Shown here one piece after another: positions 16,937-29,826 of a DNA stretch of 64,000 nucleotides. Under the pieces are notes generated by a model. It made no database searches and was not told the DNA's origin. It saw nothing but the letters and a program-made list of their open reading frames with translations. The stretch lies in NCBI RefSeq assembly GCF_009914755.1, contig NC_060927.1; one strand, 5' to 3'. Within the stretch, counting starts at the first letter, position 1. Every line of letters begins with the position of its first letter. The position numbers and the translations under genes are program-made. This stretch comes from the human T2T-CHM13v2.0 reference genome, Homo sapiens.

Positions 16937-17596
16937 TGTAGTGGGCACTTCCTAAGGCCACCTCCAATGAGTCACACCCTTGCATAATCCTACATCCTTA
17001 TGTAATCCTCTCCCTTTGAGTGCAAGTGGAAAGTCTGACTTGCTTCTAACCAACATAATATGGCAAATGTGATGGAATGTCACTACTGATGGAATGTAAT
17101 TACGTTGCATTATATGGCAAAGCCGATTTGATGTCACTCCTATGATTTATGTATGATTTATGTTATGATATATAAAACTCCATCTTAGTTAACTAGGGTG
17201 AGAGACTTTGCTAGCTTTGAAAAAACAAACAGCCATATAAACTATCTATGAAAAGGGCCATATGGGAGGAACTGTGGGTCATCTCAAGGACCTGAAGGGG
17301 ACCTCCAGCTGAAAGCCAGTAAGAAGTTGGGGCCTCAGTCATACAGCTGCAAGGAAATGAATTTTTCCAACAACCTGGATGAGCTTGGAAACAGATTCTA
17401 CCCCAGTCAAGTACTCAGGTAAGGATACATCCAATCTGACACTTTGATTGAAGTCTTATGAGATCCTGTGTAGAAGACCTAGACCAGCCGTGCCCAGACT
17501 TCTCCCATGAGGACTTTGAGGTAATAGATGTATGTTGTTTTAAGGCACTAAATTTCTGGTATGTAATTTGTTATGTAGCAATAAAAAATTAATACA
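16937..17596 (+). mobile_element. MLT1E-like solo LTR inserted in a MIR
   Basis: TG...CA termini, MLT1 3' end, 5-bp TSD GTAAT (16932-16936, 17597-17601). Confidence 0.8.
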
Positions 17597-19180
17597 GTAA
17601 TCTAGGAACAAGTTTTTTCTTTTTCTCTGAGTCTAATTCTCCCCATCTATATTATGGGGATAATAACATCTACTTATAGGTAGGTTTAATCATCAAATAA
17701 ATTTTAGCTCTTCCTAAAATGGTAGTTGTTTTATTGTATTATTAATATTACTATTCTTTTCTGGGTACATGAGACCCAGAGCACCAGGCTAAGGGTTTCA
17801 GGAGTTGAAGTCTGATCCTGGGCCCTAGCCCACAGGAACCCAGGGAATGCCATGCATGAATAAAGAAGAAATACAGCCAGCTGTCCTGTCTCGACTTTCC
17901 TTGAGGCTGATACAGTGGTGCACTAAATCTTTTTCTATGATCTACTCTGTGCCCAGCAATATGCTAAATATGCTAGGCAGAGACAATACCAAGAGAAGTA
18001 AGAGGTTCTCCCTGCCCTTGAAAGTGTCCAGGCTAATAGCCATAATTTAGACTCTAAGACTCACATTGCAGTTCTGTGTTCAGAACTGGGATTCCAAAAT
18101 TTGAGGGCAACCAGTGCCAAGCTCTGCATATTTTAGGGTGCAGTGGGAAGCTTTGAGGCTGCTTACATCCTTGGGTGTCCAACACCTTGGGTAAGTAAAG
18201 GCTCCCTTAACACAGGGAGCAGGTAAGGCTGAAGCCAAGGGAATGATGTTGCCCCTTGGCATCACTGTCATGAACTATCTTGAATCTCCCAACAAGGCAG
18301 GGCACTGTGCAATTGACATTCCAAGACCAGGCAGGCCTATTTTAAATCCTCTTTAAGAGGATTCACAATCCACCCTCTTGCTGCACTAGCATGGGTAGAG
18401 CAGGAAAATTCTCCATATTATCATTGAAGCTGTAAAGGTTTGGGAGATGGGTCATTCAAAATTTTCAGAAGTTCTTGAAAGCCAAATGTTAGTGGATGAG
18501 GAACTAAATTGGCTTCTGTTTCATCTTTGTTAGGTTTCTACAGCAATGTTATCTTGAATGGTTTGTCAACATGTTTCACTGAGAAAACTTAAAGCAACTC
18601 TGGTAATTACAAGTGGAACCTTGTTACAAGTAGAACCTTGACAACTTCAGAAGTGACCATCACAACCAAACATTCCCTGCTCTGAATCACCTGACATTCA
18701 CTGTCTCATTCACACCAGCTTCTTCAGGTGGCCCTTGATGATCTGCCTGCCTCCACAGAGGCTCAGAAAATTAGCCTTTTCTTTTTTTCTAGATTTCACT
18801 CTTCATGATGGATGTGAAAGACAGTAAAGTATGCTAGTTAAAACCCAGCCTCTGGAGACAGACTGATGTGGGGTAAATCCAGCTTTGCCACTTAACAGTT
18901 CTCTGCTCTTGCACAATTTTACTTAACCTCTCTGAACCTGAAATCAGGCTAGTTACAGCATATTAGTGAAGCATTCATCACAGAACCTGAACATAGGGAG
19001 TCCTCATTAATGACAGTTATTATCATCGTTATTAATATATTATAATCACATGGCTATTGCTTTGTACTTATCACATAGTCATTAATGTCCCTAGAATAGT
19101 GCAGATCGGATGACACCAGTTATAAGACCCTGAGAAGCTTAACTCAGCAAAACTAAGTTGTTTAAATCTATGTTCTAGCT

Positions 19181-19403
19181 CAGAGGTTGGCAAACTTTCT
19201 CTGAAAAGGGCCAGATAGTAAATATTTTAGGCTTGCAGGCCATATGGTCTGTGTTGCAACTACTTAATTCTGCTATTATAACTCAAAAGCAGCCATAGAC
19301 AATACAAAAGAAAATGAGTATGTTTGTGCTCCAATTAAATGTTATTTACAAAAAGAATTGGCTGTTTGGATTTAACGTGTAGGTCATAGTCTGCCAACCC
19401 CTG
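19181..19403. mobile_element. MER58A (hAT-Charlie MITE)
   Basis: TIRs CAGAGGTTGGCAAAC / GTCTGCCAACCCCTG; internal GGGCCAGATAGTAAATATTTTAGGC; imperfect 8-bp TSD around CTAG. Confidence 0.88.
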
Positions 19404-20444
19404 CTCTAGCCCCTTGTCCATGTACAGCAAGGTACTCCCAAACAGAATGCTAATGGGAAGGGCACGTGGCACAGTAGACACAATAGAGTTTGAGTCTCGA
19501 TTTTGTCATGTCCTGACTGTAGCATTCAGGGAATATTACTTAACTCTGTAGAATTCTGAGAATATTACTTAATTCCTCCATGCCCCAGTTTCTTCCTCTG
19601 TAAATCCTAGGCAATAGTACTTCCTGGGCAGGGTTTCTGAGGATAGATGACCCCAAGTATATAAAAGATAATTAAGTAAAAGAGATAACATATGTAAATG
19701 AGATAATGTAAGTGTGTATATTTCAGGCTTTTTTGCATGAATTTACTTTGTATCTATCTGTTCAACCGGATTATGAGTTTGTTGAAGACGAAACATCTGT
19801 TATCTATTGCCTTTATTTCTCTCATCCTTGTCTCTAGATCCTAGAAAAGTCGTCTGCACAGAGCAGGGCATGGCCTGCATTCCAAATTTTGTTATTCTCA
19901 AAGGTCAGTTGTTCTCAGTGGCAGACAACAGAAGCCAAGACTTGCTAAGTAAAACAGAAGACAAATTTGCTGGAAGGACATGTGAAAATGGGCACAAATT
20001 AGGAAGCAAGGTCATACTTGCATCACTGCTGTTAGGCTGCTACCACTGACTCCTCTGCTCCTGCACTCCCAAAAGCACCATCAAGAAAAACCCCACACAC
20101 AGTTCCTTCATCTTTGCCTTACTTGCTGAAGATTAGAAGTCCCAGGTAGGAGTCTTTCAATGACTAAGGCCAGATCACCTGCCCATATCCTGGCTACAAG
20201 GAAGCAAGGAAAGAAAATGTTAGCCAGCCCTTTTGGCTTTTGGAATGAGAGCATTTTACCAAGTCACTTAATGGTGTAGAGCTCCCCAGTAGGAAAGGTT
20301 TTAGGGGCTGGGCAGCTAGAAGAATGACAAATGGCTACTCCTCTGACTATCTGCTTACCTGGGCCACCTGTTTGTAGAAAACTTTGAGGTCACAACATAG
20401 TCCACCACCATTATGACTTTCAAATTGGTTGCTTGTTGCATAGG

Positions 20445-20958
20445 TAGTGGGATTTTAATCTAAGCCCTCCAGCCTCGCTCCGTTGATTCCCTACAGTAGA
20501 TACACCAGTGCCCCTTCCATATGGCCTCACTTTGGTGCATGCCAGCCTGCCTTCCAACAGTCAGCATCTACAACTTTGTTAGAGGGCTGCCCTCAGACTG
20601 CTGGAACCCACTTTGCCTCCATGCAGGGCAGATCCAAAGTGCCTAGGTAACTCATAACCCATCAGTGGTATCCTTTAACCAAAACTTAATAAGTACAATG
20701 TATAAATACTCCAGCTCCCTTGCCCCTTGACTGGAATCATAATGAAGCATGCGTTTTGCACCATTTTAAAACACTTCTCTACAGGATGAAACTTCAGGTG
20801 GACACTATGGTAGTTGCCTTAATAGTGTCCCTTTATAGACTAGCTTCGTTATATTATTTCTTTCTCTCTCTTCTGCCCTTCTCTCTCAACATTCCAAATA
20901 GACTATGTGCACTCAATCTTTGTCTCAGCTTTGCTTCTGAGAGGAGCCCTGCTAACAC
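20445..20958 (+). mobile_element. Old ERVL LTR (LTR16-like)
   Basis: 3' end CCAAATAGACTATGTGCACTCAATCTTTGTCTCAGCTTTGCTTCTG...AACA resembles LTR16. Confidence 0.5.
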
Positions 20959-21171
20959 ATCTCTCTTATATCTGGTATTGGCATGCTATTTTGCAGACAT
21001 ATCAGGAATACTGAGACAACTATTACTACAAAACTGTATAATTCACAAGACCACTTGCAGATACAAACTAGGTACATATGAGATCAAGAATGTATTATTT
21101 TCTTTCTCTATTAGAATTACAGTGCTCTGTGTTTATATTAAATCTGCCCCTGTGATGAAAACACAGATGTC

Positions 21172-21322
21172 AGAAAGAAAGAAAAACAGAAAGAAAGACA
21201 GAAATGAAGGAGGGAAGGCAGGGAGGAGGGAGGGAGGGAGGGGAAGAGAGAAAGGAGAGAAAGGAAGGAAAAAAGGAAGGGAGGGAGAAAGATAGGAAGC
21301 AGGAAGAAAGAAGAAAGAAAAT
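21172..21322. repeat. GA-rich low-complexity purine tract
   Basis: About 150 nt of almost only A/G (GGAA/GGAG/GAAA units). Confidence 0.9.
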
Positions 21323-22901
21323 AGACAATCATTATTTAGGAGAATCAAAAGAGCATAAAGGAGATAGGCCTTGAAATTCCAGGAGATGATAAGAAAAATT
21401 GCTTTGAGGCAACAGGAGAGGTTGCCTCCTCAGAGTAAAAGGAGAGCTCCCTATACTCTGGAAAAAGGAGATATGAGAAGCAAATGAGAAGGGCTGTAAA
21501 TCACTGGGTAATCAAAGCAAAAGTTATTCTGCAGGGCCCTGCAGAAAGCTTTCAGAAGAAGAAAAGTCAGATCAACTCTCTGTGCCTGAAAAAGCACAAA
21601 ACTCTCAAGTCTTGAAATGGAGGGGACTCATCTTGGTATTTCTAATGGCATTCAGTAATTGCAGTGGCTGCTGTCCTCCTCTGGGAATTGGGAGGAGGGG
21701 GGTGTTGCTGGATGTTCTTGTACAAGGAGGAAGATAACTTGAACATGATTTTTTCTCTTCAGTGTATCCTGAAAAATTGAATTGTGATGATAAAGATCAG
21801 GCAATTGTGCTGAAGCACTGAACTCTTTATGAAATAATAGCCCAAGTGCTGAACTCTAATCTTGTTTCTCTCTTTGTTGGAAAGGGGAGGGGTGGCACTT
21901 GTGCTATCACCTAACTATGCACAGGCAGGACGATGGAGTAATAGTTACTGTATGCCCTGTGACCAAAGTTCTCTTTGATGCAGGGAGCCAGCTAGGCAAT
22001 CAATCTAATATGGAGAAGCCGAGATGTCCATTTGTTTCCAGAGGAGAGAAAATCCTTGGGACCAAAGGAGGGTTAAGAGAAGTGGAGAAGGGGAATTGGC
22101 TGGTTGTGGAGATAAAATTCAGCAAAACAACAGACAAACTCCAACTCTCACCCCAAAAAAAATTAGGAAGGAAAAAAAACCTAGAATGAAGTTTGAGTGA
22201 GCAACCCTAAAAGCTGTTGATAACCTAGTATCCTGTAGAAAGTAAACTACATGAATTTGGATAGCAGAAAAAATCTAGTTAATATAGGAAATTCTGGCTA
22301 AAACATATATTTTTGTGGACTTAGAACTGAATTGTGTCATAGTCATCAACTGCAAAGAAGATTCTAGACCACACATAAGGGCTACAGAGAGTTCTCACAG
22401 TGGTTCCAATAGCTAACACATGCTGGGCTGGTTATAAGTGGATTTTCCCCACTGATAATATCAGTTTTCTTTCCTGAATGTCATAACTGAGGCCTTGTTA
22501 GCCCCTTCTTCTTATGGAACAGAGAGCACATAGCCTGTCTTGAGTCTTGGAAATGCCAATAGGTTTCTGTCATAATGGGTGTGGTCCAGGAAGCCCAAAT
22601 CACACCGGCTCATCTATGGTGGCAGGCAGTAAATACATTTTTTTAAAAAGATTACCTATTAGCCGCAATGTTGTAAGCATGGTTGATTCCCTCCCTGGAC
22701 TGGTCACTTCTTTGTCTGAAATGCAAGGCATGATTTCTCCCAAGGTTTAGCTGAAAGTAGTTCATATAATGATTCTGGACGATTTATGCACAGGCATGCA
22801 AATGCAATGAAAACAACATGAGGTCATTAATAACTGTAGACACTGTCAGGTGACAGATGTGAAATGAATGAGCTCCTGAGTATTTCTTTACTTTATCTTT
22901 A

Positions 22902-23317
<416 letters not shown>

Positions 23318-23452
23318 TCATACTAATCTAAATGTGTCAATACTCAATGATTACTCAAAAATATGTGTTTGTATAACTTTGGAGATGTTTTTTTTACTTC
23401 ATTAAATATTTTAAAGTTTAAAGAGATGTCAAATGTTCAAAATGTTGATGTC

Positions 23453-24277
23453 GAGAGCCCGCGGCACTGGCAGCTTGGCCTGCGCTGCGCTGCGATGTTA
23501 GAGGAGTCAGCCAGGAGCCCGGGGAAGGGAAGCACGCCCCTGGGGCTGGTCCCAGAGGGCCTGATCTGCATCTGCAGCATGAGGTTCTGCCCGTTTGCTG
23601 AGAGGACGCATCTGGTTCTGAAGGCCGAGGGAATCAGGCATGAAGTAATCTATATCAACCTGAAAGATAAGCCTGAGTGGTTCTTTAAGAAAAATCCCTT
23701 TAGTTTGGTGCCAGTTCTGGAAAACAGTCAGGGTCAGCTGATCTACGAGTCTGCCATCACCTGTGAGTACCTGGATGAAGCATACTCAGGGAAGAAGCTG
23801 TTGCCGGATGACCCCTATGACAAAGCTTGCCAGAAGATGGTCTTTGAGTTGTTTTCTAAGGTGCCATCTTTGGTAGGAAGCTTCCTTAGAACCCAAAATA
23901 AGGAAGATGGTGCTGGCCTGAAAGAAGCATTGTGTAAAGAATTTAGCAAGCTAGAGGAGGTTCTGATTAATAAGAAGACAACCTTCTTTGGTGGCAGTTC
24001 CATCTCTATGATTGACTACGTCATCTGGCCCTCGTTTGAACGGCTGGAAGCAATGAAGTTAAATGAGTGTGTAGACCACACTCCAGAACTTAAACTGTGG
24101 ATGGCAGCCATGAGGGAAGATCCCACAGTCTCAGCCCTGCTCACTGGTGTGAAGGACTGGCAAGGTTTCACAGAGCTCTACTTACAGCCTGGAGGCCTGT
24201 GACTATGGGCTCTGAAGGGGGCTGGAGTCAGCAATAAAGCTATGTCTGATGTTTTCCTTCACTTATAAAAAAAAAAA
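23453..24277 (+). pseudogene. GSTO3P: Processed pseudogene of glutathione S-transferase omega 1
   Basis: Intronless GSTO1 homology from ATG 23495 (MLEESARS...RFCPFAER...[12 protein letters not shown]...[10 protein letters not shown]) to TGA 24202. GSTO1-like 3'UTR, AATAAA 24233-24238, poly(A) 24267-24277, degenerate TSD (23439-23452 vs 24273-24286). Symbol inferred from proximity to ATP2C1. Confidence 0.93.
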
Positions 24278-24831
24278 GTTGGTATCAAAACTCTAATAAA
24301 ACCTTAGAGAAGAGATCAAATAGTACACAAACCACAAAGGACTAGTAACAAGGAATACAGGCAACCCTGAAGAAAAAAATGATGCAAAAGAGATGAAGAG
24401 TGAACATAAATCTCTCTGAAATTTTCCTGTATTAACCAGATAGCCTTTGCTGCCCACATTAATATACTAATGTACTCTGCTTTCTGCAGATTGATGGGAC
24501 ATTAACAGCTTTTTAATATTACTTATCCAAATTTGATTTTAGGTCTTTTTTCCTTTCTAAATCCCTTTTAGGTGAGAGCTAGAGTCTACCTATAAATAAA
24601 TAAATAGAATGAATTTGAATAATCAACAAAAAGTAATTAACATAGATGTAATTAATGTTAGAAAATGGCCCAAACTGGGAAGACTTCAATGAACTTGGTT
24701 TCTTTTCTTACAGTACCTTGTAGTTCAGTTTAATGTAACTACCTCTTTCATATTCAGAATAGAACAATGCTTCATTGCTTTAGCCTTTTCATGATAATTA
24801 ACAAATTATGGAAAAAACTCACATTTTCGAT

Positions 24832-25080
24832 TGTATATTTTTAAATTTTTCTATGTTATGATGTTTTGACATCTTAAAAAAACCTATCTAGCTGGGGAGA
24901 GACAGCCCCTTTCAGGGTTAGCCAATTCTTAGAGACAGCAAAAGACTCAGCCAGGAGCATGCATGCCTTTGATATGCAAACTAACCAATCCAGAGTCTTG
25001 CCTCAACTATCTGACTTATACACCCAAGAGACAATATTCCTCTGCCTTAATCATCCCAGTGCCAGGTACCAGGCAACTAG
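24832..25080 (+). mobile_element. Truncated ERV1 LTR (MER31-like)
   Basis: TGTATATTTTT...GATGTTTTGACATC...AGCCAATTCTTAGAGACAGC...GATATGCAAACTAACCAATCC. Confidence 0.5.
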
Positions 25081-25228
25081 TAATATAGGAGTTAGAAAAA
25101 GCTATTTAGCCAGATAGTGAGGGCATAGGAGCTCTCGGTAAGGCTTTTCTTTTAATAAAAAGCAGCCCCCAAACCATTTGTTTTCTAACAAAGAGCGGCC
25201 TGTAAAATTGAGTTGCAGACAAGCCAGT
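25081..25228 (+). mobile_element. Truncated MER61-like LTR
   Basis: TAATATAGGAGTTAG...CAGATAGTGAGGG...GGTAAGGCTTTTCTTTTAATAAAAAGCAGCCCCC. Confidence 0.55.
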
Positions 25229-25851
25229 GGGTGAATGTATTCTAGTTAGTTGCTTGGTTGTCACCCATTGACTTGCGAATAACAGAGACTTACTACGACA
25301 TCCATTTCACTTTATTCTTACCTTATTTTTCTCTTAAAAACATTTGTTCCTTAGTTTTTCATGGCAATTTTCCATACAAAAGCTTTGTATGGAAAGCTTT
25401 TATAATTGGTTTTTCAGGGAATCCAACCTTATTTTATCTTTGAAAATATCCTGAAGTGCCAAATAAACCAACAATCTGAAGCGGGGGAAGACTCTAGCCC
25501 CAGCAATACCTGCGACTACTAATGAAAAAGACTTGACGGACTGAAACTGCCCGAGATTTCTCACATAATGTCATCATTACGTGGATGTGCTTCAGTGCTC
25601 TGAAATAATGGCACTTTAATCTCAAGTCCACCTGCCACCATCTGAAAAGGGGGGAAAAAAGCCAAAGATATAAAATACTGAAGAAAGGTGAGGGTACTGC
25701 TTCATTACCCATACAATACAGTTTTATTTCAGTGCTACAATATAATTCTTTTTCCTTCTAGTACTAAGAGTTATTTAGTGTTATGCATTCAAAATTTTAC
25801 TTCATGATTTACCATGAAAGAATCTCATTTTACTGAAAAATTTTAGTTTTT

Positions 25852-26154
25852 GGTCGGGCTCAGTGACTCACACCTGTAATCCCAGCATTTTGGGAGGCCG
25901 AGGCAGGCGGATTACCTGAGGTCAGGAATTCAAGACCAGCCTGACCAACATCGTGAAACCCCGTCTCTACTGAAAATACAAAAATTAGCCAGGCATGGTG
26001 GCATGTGCTTGTAATTCCAACTACTCAGGAGGTTGAGGCAGGAGAATCCTCTGAACTCAGGAGGCGGGGGTTGCAGTGAGCCAGGATTGTGCCACTGCAC
26101 TCCAACCTGGGTGACAGAGTGAGAGTCTGTCTCAAAAAAAAAAAAAAAAAAAAA
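25852..26154 (+). mobile_element. AluS
   Basis: Full dimer with poly(A). Confidence 0.95.
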
Positions 26155-27004
26155 GTTTTTGTGAAACTGTTTTCTCTGTAAATAATCGGTTTCCTTACTC
26201 ATTCTGAAATGCATTTATTGTCTATAATAGCAACCCAGTGATGTCCTGGTGTTCTGCAGAGGAAAATGCATATAGAGCAGCAGCCAGGACAGATCAGTTA
26301 AAAGCTAAATAGCAAACATCCTGAGAATTGTAACGGGTCAGAAATGGGATAATTAGATATTATCCCATTTCTGTGTTTACTTGATGCCTTTGTAACAGTC
26401 TGCACAATTGACATATTCCTTCTAAAACAAAAAACAAAAAAATTTCTTCCTTTTAGTCTGGAACACAATAACTCACTTATCCCATCCTATTGCACTTAAT
26501 GGGTCTCTCTCTTTCTTTTTAATTTGCTTTCATCTTCTAAATGTCTTCTGGCTATATCTATGTTCTTTGCCAGCATTTAAATCCTGGCTCTGCTGTATAC
26601 AAACTATGCAAACTAGCTCCTATGCTTAACCTCAGTGAGCTTCAGTTGCCCTATCTATAAAATGGGGCTAATAGTAGCATTCACTTAATTATGTTGTAAT
26701 GATTAAACTAATGACACAAGTAAAGTACAATCCTAGGCAGTGCTGGGCCTATCATAGGCTCCTCATATTTTCTTCTCTCTATCTGTTATCACCCTCAAAG
26801 ACCTCATCTCCCTCATAGGTTTAGCAGTCACTGCATTTGAATGATTCCCAAGTTGACATATGCAATCTTGATATGCCTACCTGGGCTCCACTCTTGCATC
26901 TTCAACTCATGGTGGGCATTTCTCTCTGATAGCTCAGCTTCTCCTAAACATCAGTGTGTCTGAAATCAATCTTATCATCTTATTCTCCCCGAAAAGACTA
27001 AAAA

Positions 27005-27640
27005 ATGGTTGAAAGTTCTTCAAAAACATAAACATAGAGTTACTATATGACCCAGCAATTCCAATCACAGGTATATACCCTGTGGATATATTAATACATA
27101 TACGTACAAATGAAAACATATGTCCACACTAAAACTTATACCTGAATATTCATAGCTGCATTATTCATAATAGCCCAAAAATGGAAACAACCCAAATGTT
27201 AATCAATTGATGAATTAATAAATAAATAAAAATAAAATGTATATCTATACAATGGGATGATAGCCAAATAAAGGAATAGAATACCGAAACATGCTACAAC
27301 ATGGATGAAACCTGAAAACATGCTAAGTGAAAGAAGCTAGACACAAAGTCCAAGTATTGTATAATTCAATTTATATGAAATAACCAGAATAGGCAAATCC
27401 ATAGAGACAGAAAATAGATTAGAGGGTACCAGGGAAAAGGGAGATGGAGGAATCAGGACATGACAGTTAATGGGTACAGGGTTTTATTGGGGGGTGCTGG
27501 AAACATTCTGGAGTTAGTGCTGATAGCTGCACAACACTGCGAATATACTAAAAACCACCAAAATGTACACTTTAAAAAGGTTAAAACAGTAAATTTTATG
27601 TTATATGGATTTAATCTCAATTTTTAAAAAAGAAGAAAAA
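27005..27640 (+). mobile_element. L1MB-like 3' end
   Basis: TATGACCCAGCAATTCC...GTTAATGGGTACAGG...AATTTTATGTTATATGGATTTAATCTCAATTTTTAAAAAA. Confidence 0.8.
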
Positions 27641-28015
27641 AGCAACCTCTGTAGACAGCGGAGTGACACTTGTCCATGGAAGCGGGAGGAAATGGAGCCA
27701 GAGCTGCAGAAAGGGATCTCTGATCTCCAGGAAACCAAGATATTCACTAATAGCATCAGAGCAAGGCCCCAGGGGATATCGCTGTGCTCACTTCCAAGAA
27801 GCAATCAGAATCTGACTCCCAAGACTCAACCAAATAGGTCATTATGCAGCTTTGCTGAAATATCTGCAAATTTAGACCTAAAAACTAGAAAAGGATAGAG
27901 ATTGGAGGGTGAAAATAGCCAAACGAAGGACTTGAAGTGGAAAAGAAGTTCCTCAGGGGGGCAAATTTATTATATTCTCTATTGTCAGATTGAACTGGAA
28001 GGGCAATAAATCATA

Positions 28016-29201
28016 TGCCCATTCGGAGCCTCGCTCATTGCCAGCACAGCAGTCTGAGATCGAACTGCAAGGCGGCAGTGAGGCTGGGGGAGGGACGCCT
28101 GCCATTGCTGAGGCTTGAGTAGGTAAACAAAGAGGCCGGGAAGCTCAAACTGGGTGGAGCCTACTGCAGCTCAAGGAGGCCTGCCTGCCTCTGTAGACTT
28201 CACCTCTGGGAGCAGGGCATAGCTGAACAAAAGTCAGCAGAAACCTCTGTAGACTTAAACGTCCCTGTCTGACAGATTTGAAGAGAGTAGTGGTTCTCCC
28301 AGCACGGAGTTTGACATCTGAGAACGGTCAGACTGCCTCCTCAAGTGGGTCCCTGACACCCGAGTAGCCTAACTGGGAGGCACCCCCTAGTAGGGGCAGA
28401 CTGACACCTCACACGGCCGGGTACCCCTCTGAGACAAAGCTTCCAGAGGAACGATCAGGCAGCAACATTTGCTATTCAGCAATATTCGCTGTTCTGCAGC
28501 CTCCGCTGCTGATACCCAGGCAAACAGGGTCTGGAGTGGACCTCCAGCAAACTCCAACAGACCTGCAGCTGAGGGTCCTGTCTGTTAGAAGGAAAACTAA
28601 CAAACAGAAAGAACATCCACACCAAAACCCCATCTGTACGTCACAATCATCAAAGACCAAAGGTAGATAAAACCACAAAGATGGGGAAAAAACAGAGCAG
28701 AAAAGCTGAAAATTCTAAAAATCAGAGCACCTCTCCTGCTCCAAAGGAATGCAGCTCCTCACCAGCAACGGAACAAAGCTGGACGGAGAATGACTTTGAC
28801 GAGTTGAGAGAAGAAGGCTTCAGACGATCAAACTTCTCCGAGCTAAAGGAGGAAGTTCGAACCCATTGCAAAGAAGCCAAAAACCTTGAAAAAAGATTGG
28901 ACAAATGGCTAACTAGAATAACCAGTGTAGAGAAGCCCTTAAATGACCTGGTGGAGCTCAAAATCATGGCACGAGAACTACATGAGGAATGCACAAGCTT
29001 CAGTAGCTGATTCGATCAACTGGAAGAAAGAGTATCAGTGACTGAAGATCAAATGAATGAAATGAAGCAAGAAGAGAAGTTTAGAGAAAAAAGAGTAAAA
29101 AGAAACGAACAAAGCCTCCAAGAAATGTGGGACTATGTGAAAAGACCAAATCTACATCTGATTGGTGTACCTGAAAGTGACAGGGAGAATGGAACCAAGT
29201 T
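28016..29201 (+). mobile_element. Internal L1PA (L1PA5/6-like) fragment: distal 5'UTR plus first half of ORF1
   Basis: Aligns to the full-length L1 from about 827 to 2012. ORF1 starts at 28681 with TGA at 29008-29010 and ends abruptly at GGAACCAAGTT. No poly(A) or TSD seen. Confidence 0.93.
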
Positions 29202-29826
29202 ATTTTCAATATATTTTCTGTTTGTCATTCTTTCTCCTTGATATTTCTTCTTTAATCAACTTTTGACCAACAAGGCAAGTAGACTTTATAACATTTTACA
29301 AGTAAAGCAAAATCAGCCCTTACAAGGACTCAGTCTAAAGTCGGGTTCTTTGAAGGTAGCCTGTCAGATGACCTGATTAAAGGTGATGAGAATATTTCAG
29401 GGGGTTTTCAAGACATTCTGTATCTGCCTCTATTGAAATTTCATTAACCTTTTGTTTTGGAAAAGTTTCCATGAAAAGGACCTAAGAGAAAAGCATTCCC
29501 AAATCACCCCCCTCAGACTGTAGAACAGATCTTAATAGCCACTAACTGAAGTAGTCCATGTGTTCCCACAGATGGCTGTGAAAAATGAATCGTGCTTATC
29601 AATTCAAGAAAATGGAAAGAAAAGAACAAGGAGTATAGAACTTCAGGATTTAGCCATGACCAAAGTAAAAAATCTTGAGTTAGTTTGCTCTTCCCAAGTT
29701 ATTTTCTCCCCAATCTCAATTTCTATAATGAAGTGTTTCCAAAAGGGCAGACACTGCCTTCTGATCCTCTGTTGTACTTCACATGATTTGAAAATGATGG
29801 AGAAAAGCTAATGCATCCTACCTGGT

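Noticed and set aside
20720-21348. 191-aa ORF with hydrophobic and basic halves
   Set aside because: Spans an old LTR and the GA-rich tract; a low-complexity artefact.
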